The position numbers and the translations under genes were made by a program. Below, piece after piece: positions 27,201 to 36,071 of a stretch of 64,000 nt of DNA (positions within the stretch are counted from its first letter, which is position 1; each line of letters opens with the position of its first letter). Origin of the DNA: an uncultured Bacteroidota bacterium (GTDB taxonomy: Bacteria; Bacteroidota; Bacteroidia; Bacteroidales; VadinHA17); contig CAVUVD010000019.1 of assembly GCA_963744745.1 (NCBI GenBank), forward strand, positions 427,651 to 491,650. The letters run 5' to 3'. The notes beneath the pieces are model-generated. The model was not told the origin of the DNA and searched no databases. It saw only the letters and a list, made by a program, of their open reading frames with translations.

Positions 27201-28613
27201 AACATTATTGTATATGGAGAGACTAATGGCAGTGTTGAAGTGGCAGGATCCGGAGGAACACAACCTTACCAATACAGTTTAGGGTCTGGTGCATTCCAGC
27301 CATCCGGTTCATTCGGCACACTTAGCGCTGGCGATTACACAATAACAATACAGGATGCAAATATGTGTACCAGCCAGGTTTCAGTAACTATAACTCAACC
27401 ATCGGGACCCCTTTCAGGAAGTGTCACAAATCAGACTGCTGTCACCTGTTTCGGCACAAGCACCGGCACCGTTACAGTTGCTGGTTCTGGAGGTTTGGCA
27501 CCGTATATATATTCTTTAGATGGAACCAGCTGGCAGGCATCAGGACTTTTCGAGACACTTGCAAGAGGTACTTATACCGTTATAGTTAAAGATGCTGCAA
27601 ATACTACTGTTAATGTTCCGGTAACAATCTTCTCACCGACAGAGCCGGTAGGTGCAATAATAAGCGCAAAGAGTCCGGTCCTGTGCTTTGGAGGAAATAC
27701 AGGTAGTACAACGATAAGCGGAACAGGAGGAATAGCGCCTTACAGGTATCGTATTGACGGTGGTGATTATCAGACCTCAGATTCGTTTGGTAATCTTATT
27801 GCCGGAACTCATACAGTGACTGTGATTGATACCAAACTCTGTACATTCAATATAGATGTAGTAATTGAAGAGCCTACACGCTTAACAGGCAGTATAACAA
27901 CTCTGAACAATGTCAGTTGTTACGGGGCTGGAGATGCTGAAGTTACCGCTGCAGGATCCGGTGGAGTGAATCCTTATGAATTCAGTTTCAATGGAGGAAC
28001 ATACCAGGCATCAGGTGGTTTCACCGGACTTTTACCTGGAAATCATTCAATTACAATCAGGGATGCTAACCAATGTACAGTAAATGTTCCTGTTATCGTA
28101 ACAGAACCCGATGCTCTTGTGATAACATCGACCGTGACCGATATTTTATGCCCTGATGATCCAAGTGGCTCAATCAGTCTTACTATAACTGGCGGAACTC
28201 AACCATACAATGTTATCTGGGCGGATGGAGTTACCGGAGCTAACAGGACAGGAATCACTGATAGTGAATACAGTGCTGTTGTAACAGATCAGAATGGCTG
28301 CGCAGGATCACTGACCTCTACAGTTGGAGTGATCGGATCAGAAGATTGTCTTGAGATACCTGAGATTATCACCCCGAATGGTGATGGTTATAATGACACA
28401 TGGAAGATCCGGAACATTGATATGTTCCCTGATGCCGAAGTTGTGGTCTTTAACAGGTGGGGAAAAAAGGTGTTCGAATCGAGAAACGTACTTGCTGATC
28501 AATGGGATGGAACGGTCAAGGGGGAACCACTGCCAACTGATTCGTATCATTACATTCTTGATCTTAATAATGGATCAAAAGCAAAAACCGGAATAATTAG
28601 TATTATTAAATAG
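21669..28613 (+). CDS. giant adhesin, segment 4, carrying SprB-type repeats and a T9SS type B C-terminal sorting domain
   Basis: 2314 aa. It contains 9 repeat units, 3 PLPxQPG modules, 4 diverged units and two ~82-aa modules. SprB-type repeats lie at about 26940-28330 (CNGASTGEISITVTGGTAPYSF, CFGTSTGTVTVAGSGGLAPYIY and others). The C-terminus is ITPNGDGYNDTWKIRN..FNRWGKKVFES..WDGT..LPTDSYHYIL. Confidence 0.85.
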   Translation: MYKKCRVHGGAATITVNPQPQGSLTANGPFCGTGAGMLTWTATSGTGPYTVIYNDGTADRTENGVVSGTPFAVFTTPVTSTTTYTLVSVEDATTCIRSAGFTVGAATITVNPQPQGSLTANGPFCGTGAGMLTWTATSGTGPYTVIYNDGTADRTENGVVSGTPFAVFTTPVTSTTTYTLVSVEDATTCIRSAGFTVGAATITVNPQPQGSLTSNGPFCGTGAGMLTWTATSGTGPYTVIYNDGTADRTENGVVSGTPFAVFTTPVTSTTTYTLVSVEDATTCIRSAGFTVGAATITVNPQPQGSLTSNGPFCGTGAGMLTWTATSGTGPYTVIYNDGTADRTESGVVSGTPFAVFTTPVTSTTTYTLVSVEDATTCIRSAGFTGGAATITVNPQPQGSLTSNGPFCGTGAGMLTWTATSGTGPYTVIYNDGTADRTESGVVSGTPFAVFTTPVTSTTTYTLVSVEDATTCIRSAGFTVGAATITVNPQPQGSLTSNGPFCGAGAGMLTWTATSGTGPYTVIYNDGTADRTENGVVSGTPFAVFTTPVTSTTTYTLVSVEDATTCIRSAGFTVGAATITVNPQPQGSLTSNGPFCGAGAGMLTWTATSGTGPYTVIYNDGTADRTENGVVSGTPFAVFTTPVTSTTTYTLVSVEDATTCIRSAGFTVGAATITVNPQPQGSLTSNGPFCGAGAGMLTWTATSGTGPYTVIYNDGTADRTENGVVSGTPFAVFTTPVTSTTTYTLVSVEDATTCIRSAGFTVGAATITVNPQPQGSLTANGPFCGTGAGMLTWTATSGTGPYTVIYNDGTADRTESGVVSGTPFAVFTTPVTSTTTYTLVSVEDATTCIRSAGFTVGAATITVNPLPTQPGVFTDSDATVCQGEGGVLYTVPNDLTVTYSWSYDGADATINGTGNSVTVDFSTTATSGTLSVEATNGCGTSAARTIDITVNPLPAQPGAFTASEASVCQGENGVEYTVPLDATVSYNWNYDGTGATINGSSNSITVDFSITATAGTLSVTATNGCGTSSARTIDITINPLPAQPGAFTAFTTPVCQGESGVIYTVPNDLAASGYTWSYSGTGAIINGTTNSVTVDFSATATSGTLSVTADNGCGSSLARTIDITVNPQPQGSLTSNGPFCGTGAGMLTWTATSGTGPYTVIYNDGTADRTENGVVSGTPFAVFTTPVTSTTTYTLVSVEDATTCIRSAGFTGGAATITVNPQPQGSLTANGPFCGTGAGMLTWTATSGTGPYTVIYNDGTADRTASGVVSGTPFAVFTTPVTSTTTYTLVSVEDATTCMRNAGFTGGTTTITVNQEVQGSLTSNGPFCGTGAGMLTWTATSGTGPYTVIYNDGTADRTESGVVSGTPFAVFTTPVGSTTTYTLISVSDAGSCSRNAGFTGGTATITVNPQPQGSLTANGPFCITGAGMLTWTATSGTGPFTVVYNDGTADRTENGVVSGTPFAVFTTPVASTTTYTLVSVTDETTTCIRNAGFTGNTATITVNTVPTVTITDPVPICAPLTVDLTAPAVTSGSTAGLTYTYWTDASATIVLTGETAVGVTGTYYIKGTDPATTCYSMQPVAVIINALPTVTITNPASVCDPSTVDLTAGAVTLGSTAGLTYTYWTDAAATIALAGESAVAVSGTYYIKGTDPVTSCFSIQPVTVTINPLLPVSVSITANSNPVCSGATIQFTATPTNQGTSPLYQWFNGATPVGTNSSTYSYVPADGESITVMLTSSETCQSGGPATSNIITTDVNPVINVSAVPTHILCNGASTGEISITVTGGTAPYSFAWTGTVVNPTSEDQTGLTASNYSVTVTDASSCSVSANSVINQPTAVTGSVVSQNNIIVYGETNGSVEVAGSGGTQPYQYSLGSGAFQPSGSFGTLSAGDYTITIQDANMCTSQVSVTITQPSGPLSGSVTNQTAVTCFGTSTGTVTVAGSGGLAPYIYSLDGTSWQASGLFETLARGTYTVIVKDAANTTVNVPVTIFSPTEPVGAIISAKSPVLCFGGNTGSTTISGTGGIAPYRYRIDGGDYQTSDSFGNLIAGTHTVTVIDTKLCTFNIDVVIEEPTRLTGSITTLNNVSCYGAGDAEVTAAGSGGVNPYEFSFNGGTYQASGGFTGLLPGNHSITIRDANQCTVNVPVIVTEPDALVITSTVTDILCPDDPSGSISLTITGGTQPYNVIWADGVTGANRTGITDSEYSAVVTDQNGCAGSLTSTVGVIGSEDCLEIPEIITPNGDGYNDTWKIRNIDMFPDAEVVVFNRWGKKVFESRNVLADQWDGTVKGEPLPTDSYHYILDLNNGSKAKTGIISIIK
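24261..25046 (+). repeat. three PLPxQPG modules, copy 2
   Basis: See 20656-21441. Confidence 0.9.
25047..26177 (+). repeat. tandem repeat block C: 4 units, progressively diverged
   Basis: Same 94-aa unit with visible divergence (NQEVQGSL, PVGSTTTYTLISVSDAGSCSRNAG, PFTVVYNDG). One unit has an extra codon (DETTTC). Confidence 0.85.
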
Positions 28614-28634
28614 TAATATTGAAGACGATATAAT

Positions 28635-29633
28635 ATGAGATATATAAGGAAGTTACTGCCGGCAGCAATCTTCTGTATCATATCTGGCACAGTGTTCTCA
28701 CAACAAGTGCCAATGTACAGCCAATATATTATGAACGGGTTTCTTGTAAATCCCTCATTTGCCGGCCGTGATGGTTATACGTCGATTAATCTCACGGTGA
28801 GGCAACAATGGTTGGGAATGGATGGCGCGCCTGGAACATTTGCGGCCAGCTTTCAGACACGTTTATTGAGGAATAGTTATATTTCGAAGTCAACTTCAGT
28901 CAGGAAGAATATAGTAAAACCAACACGCGGCAGCAAGGTTGGTCTTGGCGGTTATGTTTTCAATGATCAGAATGGGGCAATGCGAAGAACGGGTTTTCAT
29001 GGCGCCTATGCATATCATATCCAGATGGGCCAGACAGGAGGTTATCCTAATGATCTTGCCCTTGGATTGTCACTCTCAGCATACCAGTTCTCGGTCAATA
29101 CTGAAGGTAGAATATATGACCCGGATGATCCATTGCTCAATACATACGACAGGAGGGTCTTTATACCTGATTTCAATTTTGGCGCAAGTTTCACAACCGC
29201 ACGGTACTATGCAGGTATAGCAATGACCAACCTTTTCAGGGGTGGCCTGTTTTTTGCCGATTCTGCAAATAGTAAAACAGAGCTGGGTAATTTCTATATC
29301 ACAGGAGGGATGAAATTCCCGATCACGGCGGATTGGGTTTTGGAGCCTGCAGCTTATATCCGGGCGTCTGATATGCTGTTCAAATCACTTCAGATGGACC
29401 TCACTGCAAGGATGTTCTATAAGGAAGACTACTGGGCCGGGCTTTCATTCCGGACCGCCAATGCAATAATATTAATGGGAGGATTAAAATATGACAGATT
29501 CTATTTCGCGTATGCCAGTGATTTTGCTCTTACCGACATAAGAAAAGCGCGTACACTCGGGACTCACGAGATAACACTTGCTGTCAAATTTGGTGAAAGC
29601 GCAAGAAGGTACAGGTGGATCACACCTTTCTGA
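28635..29633 (+). CDS. PorP/SprF family type IX secretion system membrane protein
   Basis: Signal peptide, then QQVPMYSQYIMNGFLVNPSFAG, which is the typical PorP/SprF N-terminus. It lies 21 nt downstream of the type B CTD cargo gene. Confidence 0.85.
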   Translation: MRYIRKLLPAAIFCIISGTVFSQQVPMYSQYIMNGFLVNPSFAGRDGYTSINLTVRQQWLGMDGAPGTFAASFQTRLLRNSYISKSTSVRKNIVKPTRGSKVGLGGYVFNDQNGAMRRTGFHGAYAYHIQMGQTGGYPNDLALGLSLSAYQFSVNTEGRIYDPDDPLLNTYDRRVFIPDFNFGASFTTARYYAGIAMTNLFRGGLFFADSANSKTELGNFYITGGMKFPITADWVLEPAAYIRASDMLFKSLQMDLTARMFYKEDYWAGLSFRTANAIILMGGLKYDRFYFAYASDFALTDIRKARTLGTHEITLAVKFGESARRYRWITPF

Positions 29634-29728
29634 TTTTTTTTCAACTATCAGTGAAATACTCAGATAATTGATGATTGATAGTAAAATGAGTCATCCTAAA
29701 GAGAGTCATCTTACTCATATACACTTTT

Positions 29729-30781
29729 ATGATGAGGTTTCTATTATTTTTCAGCCTGATAATTACTGTTGTTTCACCTTGTAATTGCCAGAAAACCGGG
29801 CAACCGGGACTACAACTCATGTTCTGGAATGTCGAAAATGCATTTGATATTTTCGATGATCCTGATACTGATGATGACGACTTCTTACCTCAGGGCAGGA
29901 TGAGATGGAATCGGCAACGTTACTGGAAAAAAATCAACGATATATATAAAACAATCATTGCAGCAGGAGAGTGGTCGCCTCCTGACCTGGTAGCTTTCTG
30001 TGAAGTTGAAAACAGAAGAGTTCTGGATGATCTTGTTAAAAACACAAATCTTTCGAGATATGATTATGAAATTATTCATGAAGATTCTCCTGATGAGAGG
30101 GGCATTGACGTCTGCCTGATTTACAGGAAAGAGCGGGTAAACTTAATCTCTCATGAATATATTGTTCCTGACGGTGTAAACCGTAGTGATCTGGGTTCCA
30201 GGACTATCCTTTATGCAGGATTTCAGGCAGTTCATGATACAATTCACCTCTTTTTTAATCACTGGCCATCTAAGAAAGGCGGAGTTTTGGCCGGCGCCGA
30301 TTTACGTATGCAGATTGCCTCTACGGTCGGTAGAAAGGCCGATTCGATACTCAGTTCAAAGGAAGGGAGGGCAAAAATAATCATAGCTGGTGATTTCAAT
30401 TGTACACCCGGAGACAGGGAAATTAATGTTATTACCACAAATGCTGTTCATCATTTTGTGAATCTTACACAATCTGAAGGTAATGGTGAAAAAGGAACTT
30501 ACAGGTTCAGGGGAATTTGGGAGATACTCGATCAGGTAATCGTATCAGAATATTTCATTAAGAGTAAAGAAGGGCTCAGTGTAAACCGGAAATCTGTAAG
30601 GATATTTGATCCTGATTTCCTTCTTACAAATGATCCAAATTATCCTGGGCTGTCGCCGTACTCAATGTACCGCGGCTTACGCTACCAGGGAGGTGTCAGC
30701 GATCATCTTCCTCTTGTTGTTGACTGTTGGGTACCGAATCAGGTTCTGCAGGATGAAGTCCCAATTCCATCCCCTTTTTAA
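29729..30781 (+). CDS. endonuclease/exonuclease/phosphatase (EEP) family protein
   Basis: Signal-like N-terminus. Motifs MFWNVENAF, DLVAFCEVEN and C-terminal GGVSDHLPLVVD. Confidence 0.75.
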   Translation: MMRFLLFFSLIITVVSPCNCQKTGQPGLQLMFWNVENAFDIFDDPDTDDDDFLPQGRMRWNRQRYWKKINDIYKTIIAAGEWSPPDLVAFCEVENRRVLDDLVKNTNLSRYDYEIIHEDSPDERGIDVCLIYRKERVNLISHEYIVPDGVNRSDLGSRTILYAGFQAVHDTIHLFFNHWPSKKGGVLAGADLRMQIASTVGRKADSILSSKEGRAKIIIAGDFNCTPGDREINVITTNAVHHFVNLTQSEGNGEKGTYRFRGIWEILDQVIVSEYFIKSKEGLSVNRKSVRIFDPDFLLTNDPNYPGLSPYSMYRGLRYQGGVSDHLPLVVDCWVPNQVLQDEVPIPSPF

Positions 30782-32156
30782 TCATAAGTTCACGTGCAGC
30801 TTTGTATTCGTTTGGGATTAACCCGTCAAGAATTGCTTCACGGATTGCATTTTTTATTATGCCTACTTTTTTGCCGGGGTTTATTCCGAATGTCCTGATG
30901 ATTTCTCCTCCGTCGACCGGTGGTTGAAAATTCCTGACTGCATCTTTTTCCTCGATCTCCTTCAGCTTATACCTTACAAGCCTGAAATTCTCAAGATGTT
31001 TTGACTTTTTAGTTTCATTTTTTGAGGTGATATCGGCCTCACACAATAACATCAGATCATCGATATCGTCTCCAGCCTCAAAAAGAAGTCTCCTTACAGC
31101 TGAATCAGTAACAACTTCCTGTGAGAGTGCAATGGGTCTCAGATGAAGATCGACTATCTTCTGTACATATTTCATCCTGTCATTAAGAGGAAGACGCATT
31201 CTTTTAAAAATATCCGGTACCATTTTTGCCCCGAGATATTCATGACCGTGGAAAGACCATCCGGTTTCAGGGATGTATTTTTTGGTAGCAGGCTTGGCAA
31301 TATCATGAAGAAGCGCAGCCCATCGGAGCCAGAGATTATCTGACTTTTTGCTTATATTGTCGAGCACCTTTACCGAATGGATAAAATTATCTTTATGGGC
31401 TTTCCCCTCCTTCTTTTCGACTCCTTTCAGATTATCCAGTTCAGGAAAGATCAATCTGAGCAGTCCTGATTTCTCGAGAAGTATAATACCTTTTGAGGGA
31501 TGTTCGCTCATAATGATCTTGTTCAGCTCAGTAACTATTCTTTCCTTAGATACAATACTGATCCTTTCGGCATTCCTGATTATTGAATTGAATGTCGCTT
31601 CTTCAATATTGAAATTAAGCTGAGTAGCGAAACGGACAGCCCTCATCATTCTCAATGGATCATCAGTGAAAGTGCGATCAGGATCCAGCGGAGTCCTTAT
31701 GATCTTGTTCTTAATATCCTCCATTCCGCCGAATGGATCAAGAAATTTACCGAATGTGTTGGCATTGATACTTATGGCTAGTGTATTGATAGTGAAGTCT
31801 CTCCGTTCCAGATCGTCCTGCAATGTTCCATTTTCCACAACAGGTTTTCTCGATCCCCTGCTATAAGATTCCTTCCTTGCACCAACAAACTCAATTTCGT
31901 ATTCATCGAAACGGAACATAGCAGTTCCGAAATTCCTGAACGTGCATACCTTAATCTTTTTATCGATGTTTTTCGCTATCTTTTTTGCTATTTCGATCCC
32001 GTTCCCAATGACAACAATATCAATATCTTTTTCAGAATGATTTCTTTTAAGGATACAATCGCGCACCCAACCACCAATAACAAAAGCCTCAATGTTTTCT
32101 GAGGTAATACTCCGGCTCAGAAGATCAAATATTCTATCATCAAGGCATCTAATCAT
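30696..32156 (-). CDS. CCA tRNA nucleotidyltransferase / poly(A) polymerase family protein with HD domain
   Basis: GGWVRDCILKR...DIDIVV nucleotidyltransferase head, and HD region LLHDIAKP. ATG at 32156 is preferred over the upstream TTG at 32180. Confidence 0.8.
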   Translation of the reverse strand: MIRCLDDRIFDLLSRSITSENIEAFVIGGWVRDCILKRNHSEKDIDIVVIGNGIEIAKKIAKNIDKKIKVCTFRNFGTAMFRFDEYEIEFVGARKESYSRGSRKPVVENGTLQDDLERRDFTINTLAISINANTFGKFLDPFGGMEDIKNKIIRTPLDPDRTFTDDPLRMMRAVRFATQLNFNIEEATFNSIIRNAERISIVSKERIVTELNKIIMSEHPSKGIILLEKSGLLRLIFPELDNLKGVEKKEGKAHKDNFIHSVKVLDNISKKSDNLWLRWAALLHDIAKPATKKYIPETGWSFHGHEYLGAKMVPDIFKRMRLPLNDRMKYVQKIVDLHLRPIALSQEVVTDSAVRRLLFEAGDDIDDLMLLCEADITSKNETKKSKHLENFRLVRYKLKEIEEKDAVRNFQPPVDGGEIIRTFGINPGKKVGIIKNAIREAILDGLIPNEYKAARELMIKKGMELGLHPAEPDSVPNSQQQEEDDR

Positions 32157-32280
32157 CAGAAATAACTTTAGGAGTGACAAAGTTAAGATTAATAGTTAAT
32201 TTCAGACAGGCCGCAAACAGTTGATGCGGTCACTTTTAAACATTAGCCGTTATATAGTGTTTATACCATAAAAAACTTCA

Positions 32281-32640
32281 ATGGTAGAACGGATTACAAA
32301 AAAGACCTTTCTGGATAAAATTTTTAACTACGAGAAGAGTACCGAATGGAAATTTCAGGGAGACAAACCATGTATAATAGATTTTTATGCTGACTGGTGT
32401 GGTCCGTGCAAAATGGTTTCTCCTGTTCTTGACGAACTGGCCAGGGATTATACAGGAAAGCTTGATATTTATAAAGTTGATACTGAAGAAGAAACAGAGC
32501 TTGCTTCCGCATTCGGAATAAGGAGCATCCCTTCAATATTATTCATTCCACTTGAGGGTCAGCCCCAGATGGCGATGGGAGCATTGCCAAAAGAAATATT
32601 TGAAAAAGCCTTCAAAGATGTACTTGGTGTAGAAAAATAG
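32281..32640 (+). CDS. trxA: thioredoxin
   Basis: 119 aa with the WCGPCK active site. Confidence 0.85.
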   Translation: MVERITKKTFLDKIFNYEKSTEWKFQGDKPCIIDFYADWCGPCKMVSPVLDELARDYTGKLDIYKVDTEEETELASAFGIRSIPSILFIPLEGQPQMAMGALPKEIFEKAFKDVLGVEK

Positions 32641-32791
32641 GCTGTTCGTCAAAAAAAACCAGCAGTTGAAAAGAATTCACATCGAAATCGAAACAAAAAT
32701 TCAGCTCTTTGCGTTTAACTATATAGAAGGTAGTAACAAATAGTTACAGATTTTTTTTCATGGATTTAGGTTTAGGGTAGTAAAGGAGTAG

Positions 32792-32820
32792 ATCAGGACT
32801 GCGGTCCTGATTTACTTTTT
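32792..32820. terminator. hairpin between convergent trx and xseB
   Basis: Hairpin atcaggac-tgcg-gtcctgat followed on the plus strand by ttacttttt. Confidence 0.4.
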
Positions 32821-33016
32821 ATGATAAGTCCCTGAAAAGACTGTTAATTTCCTCTTCGGTGGTTTTGAGTTTTTTCTGGCATTGTCTGATAAGGTCGGTA
32901 GCTGTTTTGACTTCATCCGACAATTTGTCTAAATCCAGTTCCCCTGACTCGATGTTCCTGATGATCTCTTCAATTTTAGACATCGCTTCATTGAAAGAAA
33001 ATTCTTTTTTATTCAT
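32819..33016 (-). CDS. xseB: exodeoxyribonuclease VII small subunit
   Basis: 65-aa helical protein (FNEAMSKIEEIIRNIESGELDLD) immediately downstream of xseA. Confidence 0.85.
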   Translation of the reverse strand: MNKKEFSFNEAMSKIEEIIRNIESGELDLDKLSDEVKTATDLIRQCQKKLKTTEEEINSLFRDLS

Positions 33017-33032
33017 ATCAGAAGGTGTTAGT

Positions 33033-34436
33033 TTATATCATTTCAGACGGATTCTCATCTGATTCATCATTCTCAATAATACTGCTTTTAACCATTCCAT
33101 TAATAAACCTGGTGTCAATGGTATCACCGGGAGTAAGAAGATCTTTTGTCTTTATCACACTCCCATTAAGATAAGTCATTGTAAAGCCTCTTCTCAGAAC
33201 GTTTTCAGGATTAAGCAATTCTATGTTTTTTTCAAATAATTCAAGGTTTGAGGTTTTTTTCTGAATCATTCTGTTTGTTCCGGCTTTCAATGTAAGACCA
33301 TACTTCTCCAAAGATGCTTTTTTCCCCGAAAAGAACGTATTAATTCCTGCAATCAGCCTTGATGTCTGCTTTACAGGAACATGACCTGTGGTTCTGATAT
33401 ATTCACCTCCGAGGCTGACAATTCTTAAAATACTTTCTGACAAATGGTCCCTGATTCCGGAGAGCAGTACCCTTGAAAGTGGGAGCAACCTTGCGCCTGA
33501 AGTTCCAAGCCGTGTACTGTTTTTTTCTATAATGTTCCGGGTTCTTTCCCTGATCTCCGACAGCATTTCATCAAGCCTGTTCTCTATCACTGCCATATGA
33601 TTTATAATGAAATCCGCAACTGCTGTAGGAGTTTTTAACGCCTCACTGGCGACCATGTCAGCAACCGACATATCCTTCTCATGTCCGATACCGGTAAGAA
33701 CCGGCAGCGGGAACTGTGTTATGTGGTACGCTATGTTGTAGTTATCGAACCAGCTCAGATCCACCTGTGATCCTCCTCCTCTGATTATGACTGCGATATC
33801 AAAATATTCCTGGTTTACAGCTATCCTGTTGAGTGCATTTATTATTCCCTGCTCGGTATCACTTCCCTGCACGGGGCTTTCGAATAAATGTGTGTAGAAG
33901 ATATATCCCTGGTCATTGCTTGTCAGCTGATTCATAAAATCAGTGTACCCTGCAGCTGAAGAGGACGAAATGACAGCTATTCTCTGCATCGAGAAAGGCA
34001 GGCCCAGTTCTTTATTCATTGAAAACACACCTTCCTGTTCGAGCTGATTTATTATCAGCTGGCGCTTCATTGCATGCTCCCCGACAGTATAAGCAGGATC
34101 AATATCACAGATCACCAGGCTAAGGCCATAAAGCTCATGGTATTCAATCTTGACCCGGACAAGAACTTTCAGGCCTTCATGGAGAGACTCTCCGGTCACA
34201 TTCCTGAAATATGAAGCAAGAAAACCATAACGCCTGCACCAGATGATCGCCTTTACACGAGCCCTGATGTTCTTATCATCCTTATGTTTTTCTATTAATT
34301 CAAGATAACAATGACCGGCATAGTTCTCTTTTAATTCGGAAATTTCTGCAATGACCCAATACATTTCCGGAAGGGATATATAAAGAGAGTCCCTTATAAG
34401 CAGCTGTAATTCGGAAAGGGTCATTTTTTCAGACAT
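33033..34436 (-). CDS. xseA: exodeoxyribonuclease VII large subunit
   Basis: 467 aa. OB-fold N-terminus (TLSELQLLIRD...YWVIAEISE...GHCYLELIE) and the IIRGGGS motif. Confidence 0.9.
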   Translation of the reverse strand: MSEKMTLSELQLLIRDSLYISLPEMYWVIAEISELKENYAGHCYLELIEKHKDDKNIRARVKAIIWCRRYGFLASYFRNVTGESLHEGLKVLVRVKIEYHELYGLSLVICDIDPAYTVGEHAMKRQLIINQLEQEGVFSMNKELGLPFSMQRIAVISSSSAAGYTDFMNQLTSNDQGYIFYTHLFESPVQGSDTEQGIINALNRIAVNQEYFDIAVIIRGGGSQVDLSWFDNYNIAYHITQFPLPVLTGIGHEKDMSVADMVASEALKTPTAVADFIINHMAVIENRLDEMLSEIRERTRNIIEKNSTRLGTSGARLLPLSRVLLSGIRDHLSESILRIVSLGGEYIRTTGHVPVKQTSRLIAGINTFFSGKKASLEKYGLTLKAGTNRMIQKKTSNLELFEKNIELLNPENVLRRGFTMTYLNGSVIKTKDLLTPGDTIDTRFINGMVKSSIIENDESDENPSEMI

Positions 34437-36071
34437 CTATTCTCTGATTTTCAGGACTTTCCCGGTATGTGTACCCGATTCATTCATTAATTTGATGATA
34501 TACATACCCTGTTCACGGTTCTGAAGCACATCAATTGTGATTATTCTGCCGGTGAATGATGGGAAAAGATTTCTATAAACGAGCTTCCCGGTAATTGTGA
34601 AAATTTCGAGTGTGAAGGTACCCGGGATATCTTTGAATATAATATCAAATTTACCGGTTGTTGGATTTGGATGAACTGATATCCCTTCAGCTGGTATGAC
34701 CGGGAATTGGTTCTGAAGTCTCTGAAGGACAACGTGCATATCAGGAATGCCATAGCCATAAAGAGGATCAGGGTTTGTAAACCTGTCAGATCCTTCATGT
34801 AGCGCTTTTATAATGGCATAGTTAGTAGCCTGCGGTACTGCCTGTATCAGGCAGGCTGTCATGCCGCTGATAACCGGGCAGGAGAATGAAGTGCCGTTCG
34901 CCCTGGAAATATACCCCACAATTGACTGAAGAGGAACCTGCACCCCCATTGCTGAAACATCAGGTTTGATTCTGCCATCGGCAGCCGGACCTAATGATGA
35001 AAATGCAGAGATATTTTTGTTCTCATCAACTGCTCCGACAGCAACAACACTATCACCATCGGAAGGACAGATTATTTTCTGCCAGGTGTTGTCCCGTTCG
35101 TTTCCTGCACTGTTAATGACAAGTATCCCTTTTGAAGCGGCTATATCTGCAGCTCTTGTTACAAATGCGGTATTCCCGTCCAGGTCCTGATGCTTGTAAT
35201 CCATTGAAGGATCATCGAATTGATAATATCCAAGTGATGAAGAAATTATATCTGCCCCTGCACTGTCGGCATATTCTGCCCCTGCGACCCAGAAATCCTC
35301 CTCACAGGGAAATTCTGAATCCACATCCTCAGTCTTTAAAAGGATGTATTTTGCAGAAGGAGCTGTACCTGCAATGTAACCTGGCATCGTACCCGCAAGA
35401 ATTGACAAGACCGCAGTTCCATGATTATTTGAGCTATATACAGAACTTGTATTATTGATAAAACTCCTTGTTGAAATTATACCATTCCTTGATCTAAGGC
35501 TATTTAGTGATTCAATTTTATCGGCGGAGCTGAATCCACCATCAAGCACTGCTATAATCACATTTTCTCCTTTATAACCGGAACTATGCAGTGACTGACC
35601 GTTCAACATCGTTAAAGGTCTGTCGAAGGGAGCCTGGTATATCTGTGAAGTCTTAAGATCAAGTTTGTTTCTGAATCGGCTTTTGACTCCGGGTGTTTTC
35701 ACAATCCTGGCTTCCGATACAAATGCCAGGTTTGTTATACTGCCTAGTTCGGGAGTGCCTGTAACTTTAAAGAGGGCTGTATTCATCCACCTTGAGGTGC
35801 AATGTTGCCTGAATCCTAAAGATTTAATCGCTGAAAGATATGTCTCATTAACCGGAAGATCTCTGTTGTCGAGAGAATTCAATCCTGCTTTTTGTCTTCT
35901 CGCAATTGCCTTTTCTGAAAACAGATCAGCGGCATTATAGACAGGATGATCTCCTTTGTCTCTGAAGTAAACCCTTATAAAATACTCCTGTCCTGAGATT
36001 TCGGCTGCAAGCGGAAATAAAAGGATAAATGCAAGAATGCACAACCTGTAGGATCGAATGGAAGTTTTCAT
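34437..36071 (-). CDS. S8 family serine peptidase with T9SS type A C-terminal sorting domain
   Basis: Catalytic D/H/S contexts are AVLDGGF, NHGTAV and NGTSFSCP. The C-terminus is VHPNPTTGKFDI...GMYIIKLMN...GKVLKI. ATG at 36071 overlaps the upstream stop (TAATG). Confidence 0.85.
   Translation of the reverse strand: MKTSIRSYRLCILAFILLFPLAAEISGQEYFIRVYFRDKGDHPVYNAADLFSEKAIARRQKAGLNSLDNRDLPVNETYLSAIKSLGFRQHCTSRWMNTALFKVTGTPELGSITNLAFVSEARIVKTPGVKSRFRNKLDLKTSQIYQAPFDRPLTMLNGQSLHSSGYKGENVIIAVLDGGFSSADKIESLNSLRSRNGIISTRSFINNTSSVYSSNNHGTAVLSILAGTMPGYIAGTAPSAKYILLKTEDVDSEFPCEEDFWVAGAEYADSAGADIISSSLGYYQFDDPSMDYKHQDLDGNTAFVTRAADIAASKGILVINSAGNERDNTWQKIICPSDGDSVVAVGAVDENKNISAFSSLGPAADGRIKPDVSAMGVQVPLQSIVGYISRANGTSFSCPVISGMTACLIQAVPQATNYAIIKALHEGSDRFTNPDPLYGYGIPDMHVVLQRLQNQFPVIPAEGISVHPNPTTGKFDIIFKDIPGTFTLEIFTITGKLVYRNLFPSFTGRIITIDVLQNREQGMYIIKLMNESGTHTGKVLKIRE

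Noticed and set aside
30696-30781. 86-nt convergent overlap of the EEP-family and cca-like ORFs
   Set aside because: Both conserved domains end before the overlap (SDHLPLVVD, and the last helices of the cca-like protein). The tails are probably non-conserved extensions. I cannot decide by eye and see no functional signal.
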